Below are positions 1 through 9,622 of a stretch of 64,000 nucleotides of DNA, one piece after another (the first letter of the stretch is position 1; every line of letters starts with the position of its first letter). The stretch is taken from the NCBI GenBank assembly GCA_965217865.1, contig CBDCJO010000002.1, forward strand, positions 3,008,001 to 3,072,000. Reading direction: 5' to 3'. The translations under genes were made by a program, and so were the position numbers. The notes below the pieces were generated by a model, which was not told where the DNA came from, searched no databases, and saw nothing but the letters and a program-made list of their open reading frames with translations. The stretch is from Candidatus Latescibacterota bacterium (GTDB lineage Bacteria > Latescibacterota > UBA2968 > SICM01).

Positions 1-1795
1 GTTTGAGAAGGATGTGCACTACATGGTGGACGGCGGTCGCGTCATCATCGTGGATGAATTCACCGGCCGCCCCCAGCCGGGGAGGCGCTATTCGGACGGC
101 CTTCACCAGGCCATCGAGGCCAAGGAGAACGTGCAGATCGAGCAGGAGACGCAGACCATCGCCACGATTACACTTCAGAACTATTTCCGGCTCTATGAGA
201 AGCTGTCCGGGATGACCGGGACAGCCGAGACGGAGAGCGCGGAACTGTTCCAGACCTACAAGCTCGATGTGGCGGTCATCCCCACCAACCAGCCGGTGCG
301 TCGAATCGATTACGACGATCTCATCTTCAAGACAAAACGGGAGAAATACAACGCGATCGTTGAGGAGATCGCCAGGCTTCACGAAAAAGAGATCCCGGTG
401 CTTGTCGGAACGATTACCGTGGAGGTTTCCGAACTGCTCAGCCGCCTTTTGGAACGGCGGGGCATTCCGCATAACGTCCTCAATGCCCGCTATCATCAGC
501 AGGAGGCACAGATCGTTTCCAAGGCGGGGCAGCCCGGGGGCGTGACAATCGCGACCAACATGGCGGGCCGCGGGACGGATATCAAGCTGGGTCCGGGCAT
601 GGTCAAAGCGCCTGAAGATCACCAGTGCACCCTGATCGCGAACAAGGAGGACCCCCGGTCTCTTTGCCCCCATATCGACGAGTTCGGCTGCAGGCAGGAT
701 GTTCCCTGCGGCTTACATATCGTAGGCACGGAAAGGCACGAAGCCAGACGGATCGATCGCCAGCTTCGGGGAAGGAGCGGACGGCAGGGGGATCCCGGGG
801 CGTCGCGATTCTTCATCTCCCTGGAGGACGACCTGATGCGCCTGTTCGGATCCGAACGGATCGCATCGATCATGGACAAGCTGGGTGCGGAGGAGGGGGA
901 GGTGATCGAGCACTCCATGGTGACCAAATCGATCACCCGGGCGCAACGAAGGGTGGAGGCGCGTAACTTCGAGGTCAGGAAACACCTTCTCGAATACGAC
1001 GACGTGATGAACCAGCAGAGAGAGGTGATCTACGACCGGCGCCGTCACGCCCTGGAGCAGGCGGACCTCTCGGATCAGATTCAGGAGATGATCGACGAAG
1101 TCACCAATGGGATCATCGAACCGCATACAAGCGAGGAGGACTATCCCGAGGGTTGGAATTACGATGGTCTGAAGACGGATCTGAGGGGTATCTTCCTGGT
1201 CGCGCCGACATTTGACGGGGAGGAGGACCGTATCCTGCGCGTCAGCGACCTGACCGAACAGATCCGGACGATGATTCGGGATGCGTACACCCGGCGGGAG
1301 AAGGCCTTCGGGATCGAGCAGATGCGTCAGATCGAACGCGGGGTCTATTTGAGCGTCATCGACGAAAAATGGAAGGAACACCTCTACGGAATGGATGAGC
1401 TCAAGGAGGGGATCAACTTCCGGGCTTACGGTCAGCGCGACCCTCTCGTGGAGTACAAGAAAGAGGGCTTCAACATGTTCGTTGGGATGCTTGATGAGAT
1501 CAATCGAGACACCCTTCGAACCTTGTTCCGGATCCCCGTGGCGGAGGAGGCTCAAATTCCGTCGGCGAGGAGGGTTCCCGAACGGATCACCGCTGTTCAC
1601 CGGGACTTCGGAGGGTTCGGGGTCGAACCGGAAGCCCTTCCACGTTCCAGGAAGAAAGACGAGAGGGTTACGAACGCCCCGGCCGAAGAGGTGACGCAAC
1701 CCATACGGGTCGGTCCGAAGATCGGCCGAAACCAGCCGTGTCCGTGCGGGAGCGGGAAGAAGTACAAGAAGTGCTGCGGTCGGGAGGCGGCGTAG
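1..1795 (+). CDS. secA: Preprotein translocase ATPase SecA, 5'-truncated by window edge
   Basis: IIVDEFTGR, GMTGTAETE, ATNMAGRGTDI, QLRGRSGRQGDPG motifs; C-terminal SEC-C (GRNQPCPCGSGKKYKKCCG). Confidence 0.98.
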   Translation, partial: FEKDVHYMVDGGRVIIVDEFTGRPQPGRRYSDGLHQAIEAKENVQIEQETQTIATITLQNYFRLYEKLSGMTGTAETESAELFQTYKLDVAVIPTNQPVRRIDYDDLIFKTKREKYNAIVEEIARLHEKEIPVLVGTITVEVSELLSRLLERRGIPHNVLNARYHQQEAQIVSKAGQPGGVTIATNMAGRGTDIKLGPGMVKAPEDHQCTLIANKEDPRSLCPHIDEFGCRQDVPCGLHIVGTERHEARRIDRQLRGRSGRQGDPGASRFFISLEDDLMRLFGSERIASIMDKLGAEEGEVIEHSMVTKSITRAQRRVEARNFEVRKHLLEYDDVMNQQREVIYDRRRHALEQADLSDQIQEMIDEVTNGIIEPHTSEEDYPEGWNYDGLKTDLRGIFLVAPTFDGEEDRILRVSDLTEQIRTMIRDAYTRREKAFGIEQMRQIERGVYLSVIDEKWKEHLYGMDELKEGINFRAYGQRDPLVEYKKEGFNMFVGMLDEINRDTLRTLFRIPVAEEAQIPSARRVPERITAVHRDFGGFGVEPEALPRSRKKDERVTNAPAEEVTQPIRVGPKIGRNQPCPCGSGKKYKKCCGREAA

Positions 1796-1818
1796 GGGCG
1801 CGTTCAAAGGGGGGGGGG

Positions 1819-2109
1819 TTAGGGTCCCAACCCGGGCAGGGACAGGACCGCATACCCTTTGGCGAATTCGATCTCCGCAACGGCAAAGCCTGCGCTCTGG
1901 AATTCAGAGACGAGCTCCGGTTCGTTTTGGAAATAGTGCCAGAAGTGGTCGCATTCATACACATCCCCGATCTCCAACGCCAGATTCCCCTCGAACAGCC
2001 TCGCCACGCACTGCTTGATTCGAAACCTCCATCCGTTTGGCTCTCCCTCTAAATCGTCTGCGAACTCAAGGTAGAAGAATCCATCATCGGCAAGGAACGT
2101 CCGGGCGGT
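1819..2109 (-). pseudogene. 3' remnant of a class I SAM methyltransferase, truncated by the adjacent IS; paralog of 16009-16888
   Basis: ARTFLADDGFFYLEF...WRFRIK...GDVYECDHFWH aligns with ARTFLAEDGFFYLEF...WRFRIK...GDSYEVDHFWH of ORF 16009; similarity stops at the IS left end. Confidence 0.85.
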
Positions 2110-2233
2110 TGTATCTTTTGTCTGAGATCGCCCGAAAAAACGGGGGCAAGGTCGAAGCAAGATCCTGGTTGCCTGTAGGGTTGAGAAGGGATACATATTT
2201 TGGGATATCCCTGACCTCACAGGAGGAGTAAAG

Positions 2234-2569
2234 ATGGAGCAACTGTCCTCAAACAGTGACCCGGTCAAGAAGCGCAGGAGCTTGTCCCCGGAACAGAAGT
2301 ATGAGATTTTCCTTGAAGCCAGCCGGGGAGATGTTCCCATTGCACAGGTGCTGCGGAAATGGGGCATTCATTCCTCGGATCTAAAGCGTATTCGTGAGTC
2401 GGTCAAGTCCGGGGCCCTCAAGGAGTTCAAGGGTCGCCGGAGCCGCAAGCCGATGGTATCGGCTGAGGAGGTGGAGCAGCTGCGCAAAGAGCGGGCACGC
2501 CTGGAGCAAACGATCATTGAGCAATCTGTGGAACTTTCCCTGCTAAAAAAAAGTGTGAATGGGATCTGA
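2234..2569 (+). CDS. Transposase OrfA (HTH + coiled coil)
   Basis: RBS AGGAGG; HTH-like region; ends ELSLLKK over an A8 run at 2545-2552 (slippery site). Confidence 0.85.
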   Translation: MEQLSSNSDPVKKRRSLSPEQKYEIFLEASRGDVPIAQVLRKWGIHSSDLKRIRESVKSGALKEFKGRRSRKPMVSAEEVEQLRKERARLEQTIIEQSVELSLLKKSVNGI

Positions 2570-2592
2570 CAGGCCCGATCAAGGGCCACCGG

Positions 2593-3624
2593 GTGCAAGC
2601 TGAGGTCAAACGCGAGATCCTCTTAATGGTCCATCGGGCCAAGGAGAAAGGGGTGAAACTCACCCGTTCTTGCGAGATCCTACAGCTTCCCCTCCAGCGG
2701 TATTGTGCCTGGAGCCGGCGAGATCGAGAAGAGAAGCTGGATGGGGTGTCGGACCCGCTTTTGGATGGGAAGCCCGGGCCCGCCCCTGATGAGGCCCCAC
2801 ACGGATTGCTGAGGGAGGAGAAAGAGCAAATCCCGGCCCTCTTAAGGGATGAGACCTATGCCGATCTGCCTCCCCATCAGCTGGCGGTGGTAGCCTCAGA
2901 GAAGGGGGTAGTGCAGGCCTCGGCCTCCAGCTTCTACCGACAGGCCAGGAAAGAACGTCTGGCACGCAGGAAACAGGTGAGGACGCCGGTCAAGCAGAGC
3001 AAGCCCCAGGTCAAACCTGAAGGTCCTAATCAGGTCTGGAGCTGGGACCTGACCTACATCCCATTTTTCGGTTTGTTCCTGTATTTTACCGCCATTCTCG
3101 ACGTGTATTCCAGGAAGATCGTAGGATGGAAGCTCTCCTTCAACGCGACCGTGGAGCAGGTCAAACAGGCCTGGGATCAAGCCCTTGCCAACGAAGGACT
3201 GCTGGACCTGGACACTGGGCCCATAAGCTTGACAGCCCTCTCAGATCACGGATCTCAGATGAAGGCCAAATCGATGGCCCAATTCTTCAAGGACCTGGGC
3301 ATCTCGCAGCTGTTTGCCCGATATCAAACACCCACGGACAACGCCTGGATCGAAGCCTTTTTCCGGACATTCAAATACGACTGGCTGCGCTTCCAGGACA
3401 TCTTCACATTCCATCAACTGGAAGGCCTGATTGATTCCTTCATTCACAGCTACAACGCCGAACGCTATCACGGGGCAATACAGTATGTCACGCCTCTTCA
3501 GAGGCATAAAGGCCAGCATCAAAAGATTCTTCACCACCGACAAGGTCGAAAGGAGGAGGCTCGGCAGCGCCGCATAGAAATCAATCGGCAAAGAACATCC
3601 CAGACCATCCACAAGGCTGCCTGA
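2593..3624 (+). CDS. Transposase OrfB (rve/DDE integrase core), probably made as an OrfAB fusion by -1 frameshift
   Basis: PNQVWSWDLTY, ILDVYSRKIVGW, SDHGSQM, PTDNAWIEAFFRTFK, YNAERYHGAI; the -1 frame is open from the A8 run. Confidence 0.93.
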   Translation: MQAEVKREILLMVHRAKEKGVKLTRSCEILQLPLQRYCAWSRRDREEKLDGVSDPLLDGKPGPAPDEAPHGLLREEKEQIPALLRDETYADLPPHQLAVVASEKGVVQASASSFYRQARKERLARRKQVRTPVKQSKPQVKPEGPNQVWSWDLTYIPFFGLFLYFTAILDVYSRKIVGWKLSFNATVEQVKQAWDQALANEGLLDLDTGPISLTALSDHGSQMKAKSMAQFFKDLGISQLFARYQTPTDNAWIEAFFRTFKYDWLRFQDIFTFHQLEGLIDSFIHSYNAERYHGAIQYVTPLQRHKGQHQKILHHRQGRKEEARQRRIEINRQRTSQTIHKAA

Positions 3625-3777
3625 ATCTTGCTTGGACCTTTATCTGCTTTTCTCTTGTTATCTCAGAATAGATACAATATGCCCAGTTTGAATGGTTAAG
3701 GTCCCCATTGTTTAAACCCAGCTCCGGAACACTTCACCCCCATCTGATCCATAACTCGCCCCCTTCGTTCCGAATAC

Positions 3778-4713
3778 TTATCGACAGATCTTTAATTTGT
3801 ATATCCCATATCCTAAGATACAGAGCGCAACAAACCCGTATCCTATTGGCGGCATCAACGGAATCGTTCGAGGGATGGTAGGTGGTGGTGTTGATGCTGG
3901 TGATGCTGGTGGTGGAGGCAATGGCTGGTCGGTACTGCGTAGAATGGTTCCACTGTTTCCTACCACAAGGGCTACAGTGACGCTGAAGTCGATACCATTG
4001 AGATCTTGCCCCGTCCCGCTGACCTGGGGGCTCCACGTCACCCCATCGTCGTCGCTGCGGATAAGGGTTCCACTGTTTCCCGCCACAAGGGCTGTCAGGG
4101 AAGCAAGGAATGAGATCCCCCTTAAATGGTTTCCCGTTCCGCTGGGTACGGGTCCCCAGTTGGCCCCACTGTCCGTGCTGCGTAGAATGGTTCCACTGTC
4201 TCCCCCCACAAGGGCTGTGCTGCCACTGAACGCAACCGCGGCCAGAAGGTTTCCCGTTCCGCTGGGTACGGTTCCCCAGTTGGCCCCACTGTCCGTGCTG
4301 CGGGTAATGGTTCCACTGTTCCCTACGGCAAGGGCAATGCCCCCGCTAAAGGCGACCCCATTCAAAAGGTTGCCCGTTCCGCTGGGTACGCACCCCCATG
4401 TGGCCCCGCTGTCGGTGCTGCGGATAATTTCTCCATTGTCTCCCACGGCTAAGGCTGTCGTGCCGCTGAAGGCGACCCCAAACAGAGGCAACCCGGTTCC
4501 GCTGGGTACGGTTCCCCAGTTGGCCCCGCTGTCGGTACTTCGGGTAATTTCCCCATTGGCTCCCACGGCTAAGGCTGTCGTTCCGCTGATGGAGACCCCC
4601 CTCAGAGCCTGCCCGGTCCCGCTGGGTATGATGGACCATGTCTGGGCAAAGCTCTCTTCAGTGCCCAGGAACGCCACTGCAAGGGACAAAGCTATGCGTA
4701 TAAGCGGTTTCAT
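3778..4713 (-). CDS. Secreted BNR/Asp-box repeat (YCF48-like beta-propeller) protein with C-terminal membrane anchor/sorting signal
   Basis: Signal peptide (…SFA|QT); six ~40-aa repeats with RSTDSGANW Asp-box; Pro-rich linker; hydrophobic helix plus basic tail. Confidence 0.85.
   Translation of the reverse strand: MKPLIRIALSLAVAFLGTEESFAQTWSIIPSGTGQALRGVSISGTTALAVGANGEITRSTDSGANWGTVPSGTGLPLFGVAFSGTTALAVGDNGEIIRSTDSGATWGCVPSGTGNLLNGVAFSGGIALAVGNSGTITRSTDSGANWGTVPSGTGNLLAAVAFSGSTALVGGDSGTILRSTDSGANWGPVPSGTGNHLRGISFLASLTALVAGNSGTLIRSDDDGVTWSPQVSGTGQDLNGIDFSVTVALVVGNSGTILRSTDQPLPPPPASPASTPPPTIPRTIPLMPPIGYGFVALCILGYGIYKLKICR
3930..4640. repeat. ~120-bp coding tandem repeats inside the Asp-box gene
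   Basis: GCTGGGTA recurs at 4141, 4261, 4381, 4501 and 4621 (120-bp period). Confidence 0.92.
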
Positions 4714-4980
4714 CTGATTTTCCGTAAGGATCGGTTTATCGACTCAATGGCATTTGTGGTGTAGATGACCTAACGAATCTCTTCGGGGTTCGTCCACCAG
4801 CTTGTTAAAAAGCTGTTCAAGGATCTCTTCTTGCTTTTGCCATATCTCCTCCTCGGTTGACGGCTTTCCATACTATAGGCATTCTTGGAGATATTGGCCA
4901 TTTACAGAGAAAATTTGCACTCCGGGTTTAGAGGCGCAAGCCGTGCCCACCTGCAATAAATCAAGAGCCCTACCTCCCTT

Positions 4981-6147
4981 CTATACCACCTCATCGTAGA
5001 TCGCCTCCAGCCGTTCCCCCTGTTGGACCGCGTCGTGATGTTCCTCCACTTGGCTGCGGCCTCCCGCCACAAGACGATTTCGGAGTTCCTGATCCCCAAG
5101 CAGGGCGTCGAGCCGCTCTGCGAGTCCGTCCACGTCCCGTTCCGGCGCCAGAAGGGCACAGCTCCCGTCCGGGGCCACGGACGGAATGTCCGCGTGAAGG
5201 GTCGAGACCACGGGGAGGCCGGAGGCCATCGACTCGATGATCGTGACCGGCGCCCCCCCCTCGGTGTCGCCGTCGGACGCGGTGATGCTGGGATGGAGCA
5301 GGACGTGGCTGCCAAGGAGGTGTTTGACATATTCCGCGAAAGGAAGGAATCCCAGGAAGCTTGTGCGGTCATGAAGGCCAAGTTCCCGGACAACGGCTTC
5401 GATTTCGGGCTTCCGGGGGCCATCGCCGATGATGTGAAGCCTTGCGGAGGGATATTGTTGGGCGATCCGGTGGAAAGCCCGCACCCCATCAGGGAAGCCT
5501 TTCTTCTCCCTGAAGGCCCCGCACATCAGAACGACAGGGTTGTCCCCCGGATTCCGATCCGGTTTGAAGGGGATGGCCGACAGATCGACGCCGAGCTTCT
5601 GCACGCGGACCTTCTCCGCGGGACATCCGATCCCGACCAGGCGTTCCGCGAGGTGAGGGCCTTCGGCCAGAAAGAGTGTCCCCTCCGCAAACAACCGTTC
5701 GAATCGTCCGCCCCACAATGGTTCCCTGGGCAGGGCCGATACATCCAGGCCATAGAAGGTGGTCACCATGGGGAGGTCCGCCTTCCTTTGGGCCATCAGG
5801 CAGCGATATCCCTCCTGCCCGAAGTGGGCGTGGATCAGGGATGCCTCTTCACGATGGAGGATGGGCGCATAGAAGACGTACTGGCCCGTCAGCCGACGAA
5901 CGACCCGGTGGACGAAATGTTTTCCCCCCGCCCAATGCGCCACGTCGTGGAGGGTTTCGACCGGGAACAGGTCCTTGTTTCGGGCTTCCTGTGTGATGAC
6001 GACAGGACGGTACCGACGGTGGTGGCGTATCTGTCCGTGCACCCAGTTCATGGTCAGCGGGAGAAAGGGGGATGCGCAATGGGCGACAATCCCGGGAGAT
6101 TCATTCGGGGGAAGGGGCTGCATCGGTTTTAAGGGACCGGATCGCAT
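4981..6147 (-). CDS. Glycosyltransferase family 4 (WcaL-like)
   Basis: [37 protein letters not shown] motifs. Confidence 0.92.
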   Translation of the reverse strand: MRSGPLKPMQPLPPNESPGIVAHCASPFLPLTMNWVHGQIRHHRRYRPVVITQEARNKDLFPVETLHDVAHWAGGKHFVHRVVRRLTGQYVFYAPILHREEASLIHAHFGQEGYRCLMAQRKADLPMVTTFYGLDVSALPREPLWGGRFERLFAEGTLFLAEGPHLAERLVGIGCPAEKVRVQKLGVDLSAIPFKPDRNPGDNPVVLMCGAFREKKGFPDGVRAFHRIAQQYPSARLHIIGDGPRKPEIEAVVRELGLHDRTSFLGFLPFAEYVKHLLGSHVLLHPSITASDGDTEGGAPVTIIESMASGLPVVSTLHADIPSVAPDGSCALLAPERDVDGLAERLDALLGDQELRNRLVAGGRSQVEEHHDAVQQGERLEAIYDEVV

Positions 6148-6347
6148 CCCGAGCCACCCCAGGGGTGACAGCGGAGCAGGCGGCGAATGGAGAGGTAGGC
6201 GCCCCGGGATGCGCCGTGGCGCCGGAGGGCTTCAAGGGTGTAGTTCGAGCAGGTGGGCAGGAACCGGCATCGCGGCAGGGTGTAGGGGGATATGGCGGAG
6301 GTGTAGAACCTGACGATGCAGGAGAAGAGGTAAGCGGCCGGGCCCAT
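6129..6347 (-). CDS. yidD: Membrane protein insertion efficiency factor YidD
   Basis: [13 protein letters not shown]...[13 protein letters not shown]. Confidence 0.95.
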   Translation of the reverse strand: MGPAAYLFSCIVRFYTSAISPYTLPRCRFLPTCSNYTLEALRRHGASRGAYLSIRRLLRCHPWGGSGCDPVP

Positions 6348-6706
6348 CAGGATTCCTTATGCGTTTCGATTCTCTGGTAAGATTCCGATTCCGGACCGAG
6401 GCCGGCTTTTACCAGGGCCTCCCGCAGGTCTTTCCGGAGGTCTGCGTAAGAGGTCCCTCCCGCCCGGTCGTCCACGGAAAAGAGGGTCAGCCTACTTGTC
6501 CAAGAGGAGACCGACACCTCCCTGCAGATGGCGCGTATTTGTCGGCGGATCCTGTTCCGCTTGACGGCGTTTCCGAACTTTCGCCTGACGGAGATCACGA
6601 CCCCGCCCTGCGGGTCGGGACCCGAGAAGACGCGGAGCCATCGTCCTCGGCCGCGGGCCCCTTTCTTTCTCAGGGCATAGATACGCTTCTGGAGATTGAC
6701 GGGCAT
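6347..6706 (-). CDS. rnpA: Ribonuclease P protein component
   Basis: [22 protein letters not shown] (RNR motif); coupled to yidD. Confidence 0.88.
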   Translation of the reverse strand: MPVNLQKRIYALRKKGARGRGRWLRVFSGPDPQGGVVISVRRKFGNAVKRNRIRRQIRAICREVSVSSWTSRLTLFSVDDRAGGTSYADLRKDLREALVKAGLGPESESYQRIETHKES

Positions 6707-6809
6707 ATTAGTGGGGTGTTCCGAAAGTCACAATGTAATCTCAGATCTTGAATTTATTGCTTTTCCTGTAACTTTTTTTTTGCTTTGCACACTTTTTGGC
6801 CATCGTGCT

Positions 6810-6982
6810 CCCTCACCCCGCCTCGCAAGCTCGGCACCCCTCTCCCGGGTGCCGGGAGAGGGGAAGAGTGAAAATGATTCAATTGTTTAATGAACGAAAA
6901 AACGAAATCCTTAACACATACAGAATGAATGTCATCGTCCCCTTCTCCTGCTAAGCGGGAGAAGGGGATACAGGGGATGAGG
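6810..6982. repeat. Pair of oppositely oriented REP-like palindromes (CCCTCACCCC…CCCTCTCCC-loop-GGGAGAGGG type)
   Basis: 6810-6863 and 6938-6982; related copies at 17121-17160 and ~42779-42811. Confidence 0.7.
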
Positions 6983-7080
6983 ACGTTAAAACTAACATCC
7001 TTTGCATGAAAGCAGTACCAAATTCAAGGTTAATTCTGTAACACGCCATTAGCGCAAGAATGAAAGATTCGCAAGGGGAA

Positions 7081-8601
7081 TTAAGACCCCGTCCTGCTGA
7101 ACGTGACGGTCCAGATGGGTCCGCAGTCAATGAAGGTGTATTTGAGGTTCAGCTGACCCGCGATCGATCGGATCTGTCTCCTGGTGTAGAAATAGACCGG
7201 GCAATTTTGACGCTTTAGCCAGAGATAGCGGATCCAGGTCTGCAAGAAGGTATACTTCTTCGGGAATGTGGCCACGATCTTATCTCCGGCGAGATGGACG
7301 GCCTTTTCCAAATAGGCGGGCACTTCCGTGTGTTTCACATAGTCGAACACGCCGATCATTAGCAGATAATCGAATGTACCGTTTGTCCTGTATTTCAGGA
7401 AGTCCTCGTTCAGCCACCTGATTTTTCCGTTGGGGTCGCGGGCGTTTTTTTGTGACATGGAAATCATGCGGACCGAGAAGTCCATCCCGGTTACATTGGC
7501 TCCCTTATCGGCGAAAAAAATGGAATAGATCCCCGACCCGCATCCCACGTCCAGGATGGTCTTTCCCCTGACGTCACCGAGAATATCCGCGGCGGCACTA
7601 AAACGACGAACCAACCCGGGTTTTCTGAACAGGATGTGTCCGAGGTTCTGGAAAAAGTTTCTTTCCCCTTTTCCATAAAAGCCATCGAAACGGTGAGCGC
7701 ACGCATCAAAGTAGGTCCTTACCCGATCCTCCTGAACGCCAAGTCGCCCTCTTCCCACCTTCCATCGATTTATCACGTCGATCATCGGCTCGAATTCAAA
7801 TTCCCGTAAGAGCCCTTCGATTTTCTGGAGGGCTTTCAAGATGCCGGAGTAGGTGATCAGGTAATTTTTCAGCCCGATCGCGGTTATCCTGGGGGTCTTC
7901 GCGTGAATCTCCCACGGATGGAAGTAGATCACGAAGGGCCTTTTCCGATTGACCTTCCTGAGGAGATATTTCAACAAACCAAAGGGGAGGATCCGGAGGT
8001 AGAACCCGCCGCTGATCGGGATTCTGACGCGACCCCAATTGAAAACCGTGAGGGGAAATTCCAGGATCTCAGATGCCCCCTCCTCCCTGGTCAAGTCATC
8101 GAGGTTCGGGGGGTAGATGGAACATGGGGCGCGGGGCAGTCCATAAAGAAAATTTTTGGCGGGAAAAATACTCGAGTCGTAGAGATAGCCGTTGTCGACC
8201 AGACGCCCCATCGCGTATCGGGTCCGGTTATCCATCGAAAAAGTCGGGGCCCTGAATCCCTTTATATTCACGCGGGGCCCCAGAATTTCATCGATTAATC
8301 GCTCGAAGGTCTTCAGTTCGAGGTCGAAATCGGGATCCCCCAATTCCCAGAGGGGCTTATGGGTCATCCCGTGCGAGGCGATTTCGTGGCCTCCCACGTG
8401 GATCGATTTGATTAAATCCGGGTGTTTTCGGGCGATGTCTCCCAGGACGAAGAACGTGGCCTTGACCCGATATTTCTCCAGGAGATCGAGTATGGTCCGC
8501 GTCGAATCTTCGATCTGTGACTCGGGATTTTCGGGCAGGTGTCTTCTGACGAGTTCGGGATGGTACCAGTCTTCCAGATCGATGGTCAATGCGTTCTTCA
8601 T
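7081..8601 (-). CDS. Polysaccharide deacetylase (DUF3473/PEP-CTERM-locus type) fused to a class I SAM methyltransferase
   Basis: ALTIDLEDWYH, HEIASHG, GFRAPTFS, YFHPWE in the N-half; ILDVGCGSG in the C-half. Confidence 0.88.
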   Translation of the reverse strand: MKNALTIDLEDWYHPELVRRHLPENPESQIEDSTRTILDLLEKYRVKATFFVLGDIARKHPDLIKSIHVGGHEIASHGMTHKPLWELGDPDFDLELKTFERLIDEILGPRVNIKGFRAPTFSMDNRTRYAMGRLVDNGYLYDSSIFPAKNFLYGLPRAPCSIYPPNLDDLTREEGASEILEFPLTVFNWGRVRIPISGGFYLRILPFGLLKYLLRKVNRKRPFVIYFHPWEIHAKTPRITAIGLKNYLITYSGILKALQKIEGLLREFEFEPMIDVINRWKVGRGRLGVQEDRVRTYFDACAHRFDGFYGKGERNFFQNLGHILFRKPGLVRRFSAAADILGDVRGKTILDVGCGSGIYSIFFADKGANVTGMDFSVRMISMSQKNARDPNGKIRWLNEDFLKYRTNGTFDYLLMIGVFDYVKHTEVPAYLEKAVHLAGDKIVATFPKKYTFLQTWIRYLWLKRQNCPVYFYTRRQIRSIAGQLNLKYTFIDCGPIWTVTFSRTGS

Positions 8602-8669
8602 GAAGGTATATCGTGAATCATATCTCGCAACAGCACAATATTACTGATTTGGCTCCTCCACTTCACGCT

Positions 8670-9548
8670 TCACTTTCCTTTTTTGATTCGGGAAAGCGCG
8701 TTGGTGAGCGCCCGGCGAGTGAACACTTTGGCCAGGTGTTTCCGGTAATCCGCGGAGGCGTGGATGTCCTCCTGAAACTCCTCCACCCCTTCTGTCGCGC
8801 GGTCTGACGCTTCCCGGATCAGGTCTTCGTCGGGTCTCTTTCCCCGAAGGGCATCCTCGACGAGTCGAGCCCTGTAAGGGACCCCGGATATCCCGGTGAT
8901 GCCGACGGCGACGGCGCTGAAGTTCCCATCCCCATCCAGGGTCGTGTGAGCCGCGACCCCTGCGATGGCAAATCCGGATGCGGACTGATGCATCTTGACG
9001 TATGCCCCTCCGGACCGGTTCGGGGGGGTCGGAATCAAGATCCGAGTCAGGATCTCTCCGGGTTGTAAGGCGGTTGTGAGCATGTCGACGAAGAAATCTG
9101 TGGCCGGGATGGTTCGGCTTCCGTTCGGACCCGCGATTTCGAGCTGTGCATCCAGGGCCAGGATAGCGGCCGGCCAGTCGGCCGCAGGATCCGCGTGCAC
9201 AAGGCTGCCTCCGATGGTCCCCCGGTTACGGACCTGCGCATCCCCGATCTCTCCGGCCGTCTCGGGCAGGAGGGGACATTTTGACCTGAGACGGCGGGCG
9301 CTTTCGATCGCATAGTGGGTGGCGAGGGCCCCGATCGTGATCCGATCGTTCCCGGCGGTGACCCGGGTCAAGCCTGAGATCCGCCCCAGGTCGATCACCA
9401 CGGCGGGAGCCGCCAGGCGGAGTTTCATCAGGGGGATCAGGCTGTGCCCCCCCGACATCACCTTGGCATCCTCTCCGTGTTTTCCGAGGAGGGCAAGCGC
9501 CTTGGCGAGCGTCTTTGGTGCATGGTAATCAAATGGACTGGGAATCAT
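8670..9548 (-). CDS. coxM: Molybdo-flavoprotein FAD-binding (medium) subunit, CoxM/CutM-like
   Basis: GGHSLIPLMKLR, QVRNRGTIGGS, HADPAAD; ATG at 9548 with GGAGA RBS. Confidence 0.9.
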   Translation of the reverse strand: MIPSPFDYHAPKTLAKALALLGKHGEDAKVMSGGHSLIPLMKLRLAAPAVVIDLGRISGLTRVTAGNDRITIGALATHYAIESARRLRSKCPLLPETAGEIGDAQVRNRGTIGGSLVHADPAADWPAAILALDAQLEIAGPNGSRTIPATDFFVDMLTTALQPGEILTRILIPTPPNRSGGAYVKMHQSASGFAIAGVAAHTTLDGDGNFSAVAVGITGISGVPYRARLVEDALRGKRPDEDLIREASDRATEGVEEFQEDIHASADYRKHLAKVFTRRALTNALSRIKKGK

Positions 9549-9622
9549 GTCTATATCTCCAGGTTGCTGTAAGGATTCGAACTTAATCACCCCGTACCCT
9601 CTCGCACGCGGAAAGGGAAATA

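Larger units (their letters stand above)
2110..3676 (+). mobile_element. IS3-like insertion sequence (orfA/orfB, DDE transposase)
   Basis: Imperfect terminal inverted repeats TGTATCTTTTGTCTGAGAT (from 2110) and reverse complement TGTATCTATTCTGAGAT (ending 3676); two ORFs in -1 frame relation; no target duplication visible. Confidence 0.88.

Noticed and set aside
1819-2367. 182-aa ORF as an intact gene
   Set aside because: The N-terminal part is antisense IS sequence; only 1819-2109 is methyltransferase-derived
3930-4640. Regular repeats resembling a CRISPR array
   Set aside because: 120-bp in-frame coding repeats with no unique spacers; no cas genes in the window
4714-4980. Small ORF behind a GAGGAGG motif on the minus strand
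   Set aside because: Only a very short frame (MAKARRDP*) with no supporting features
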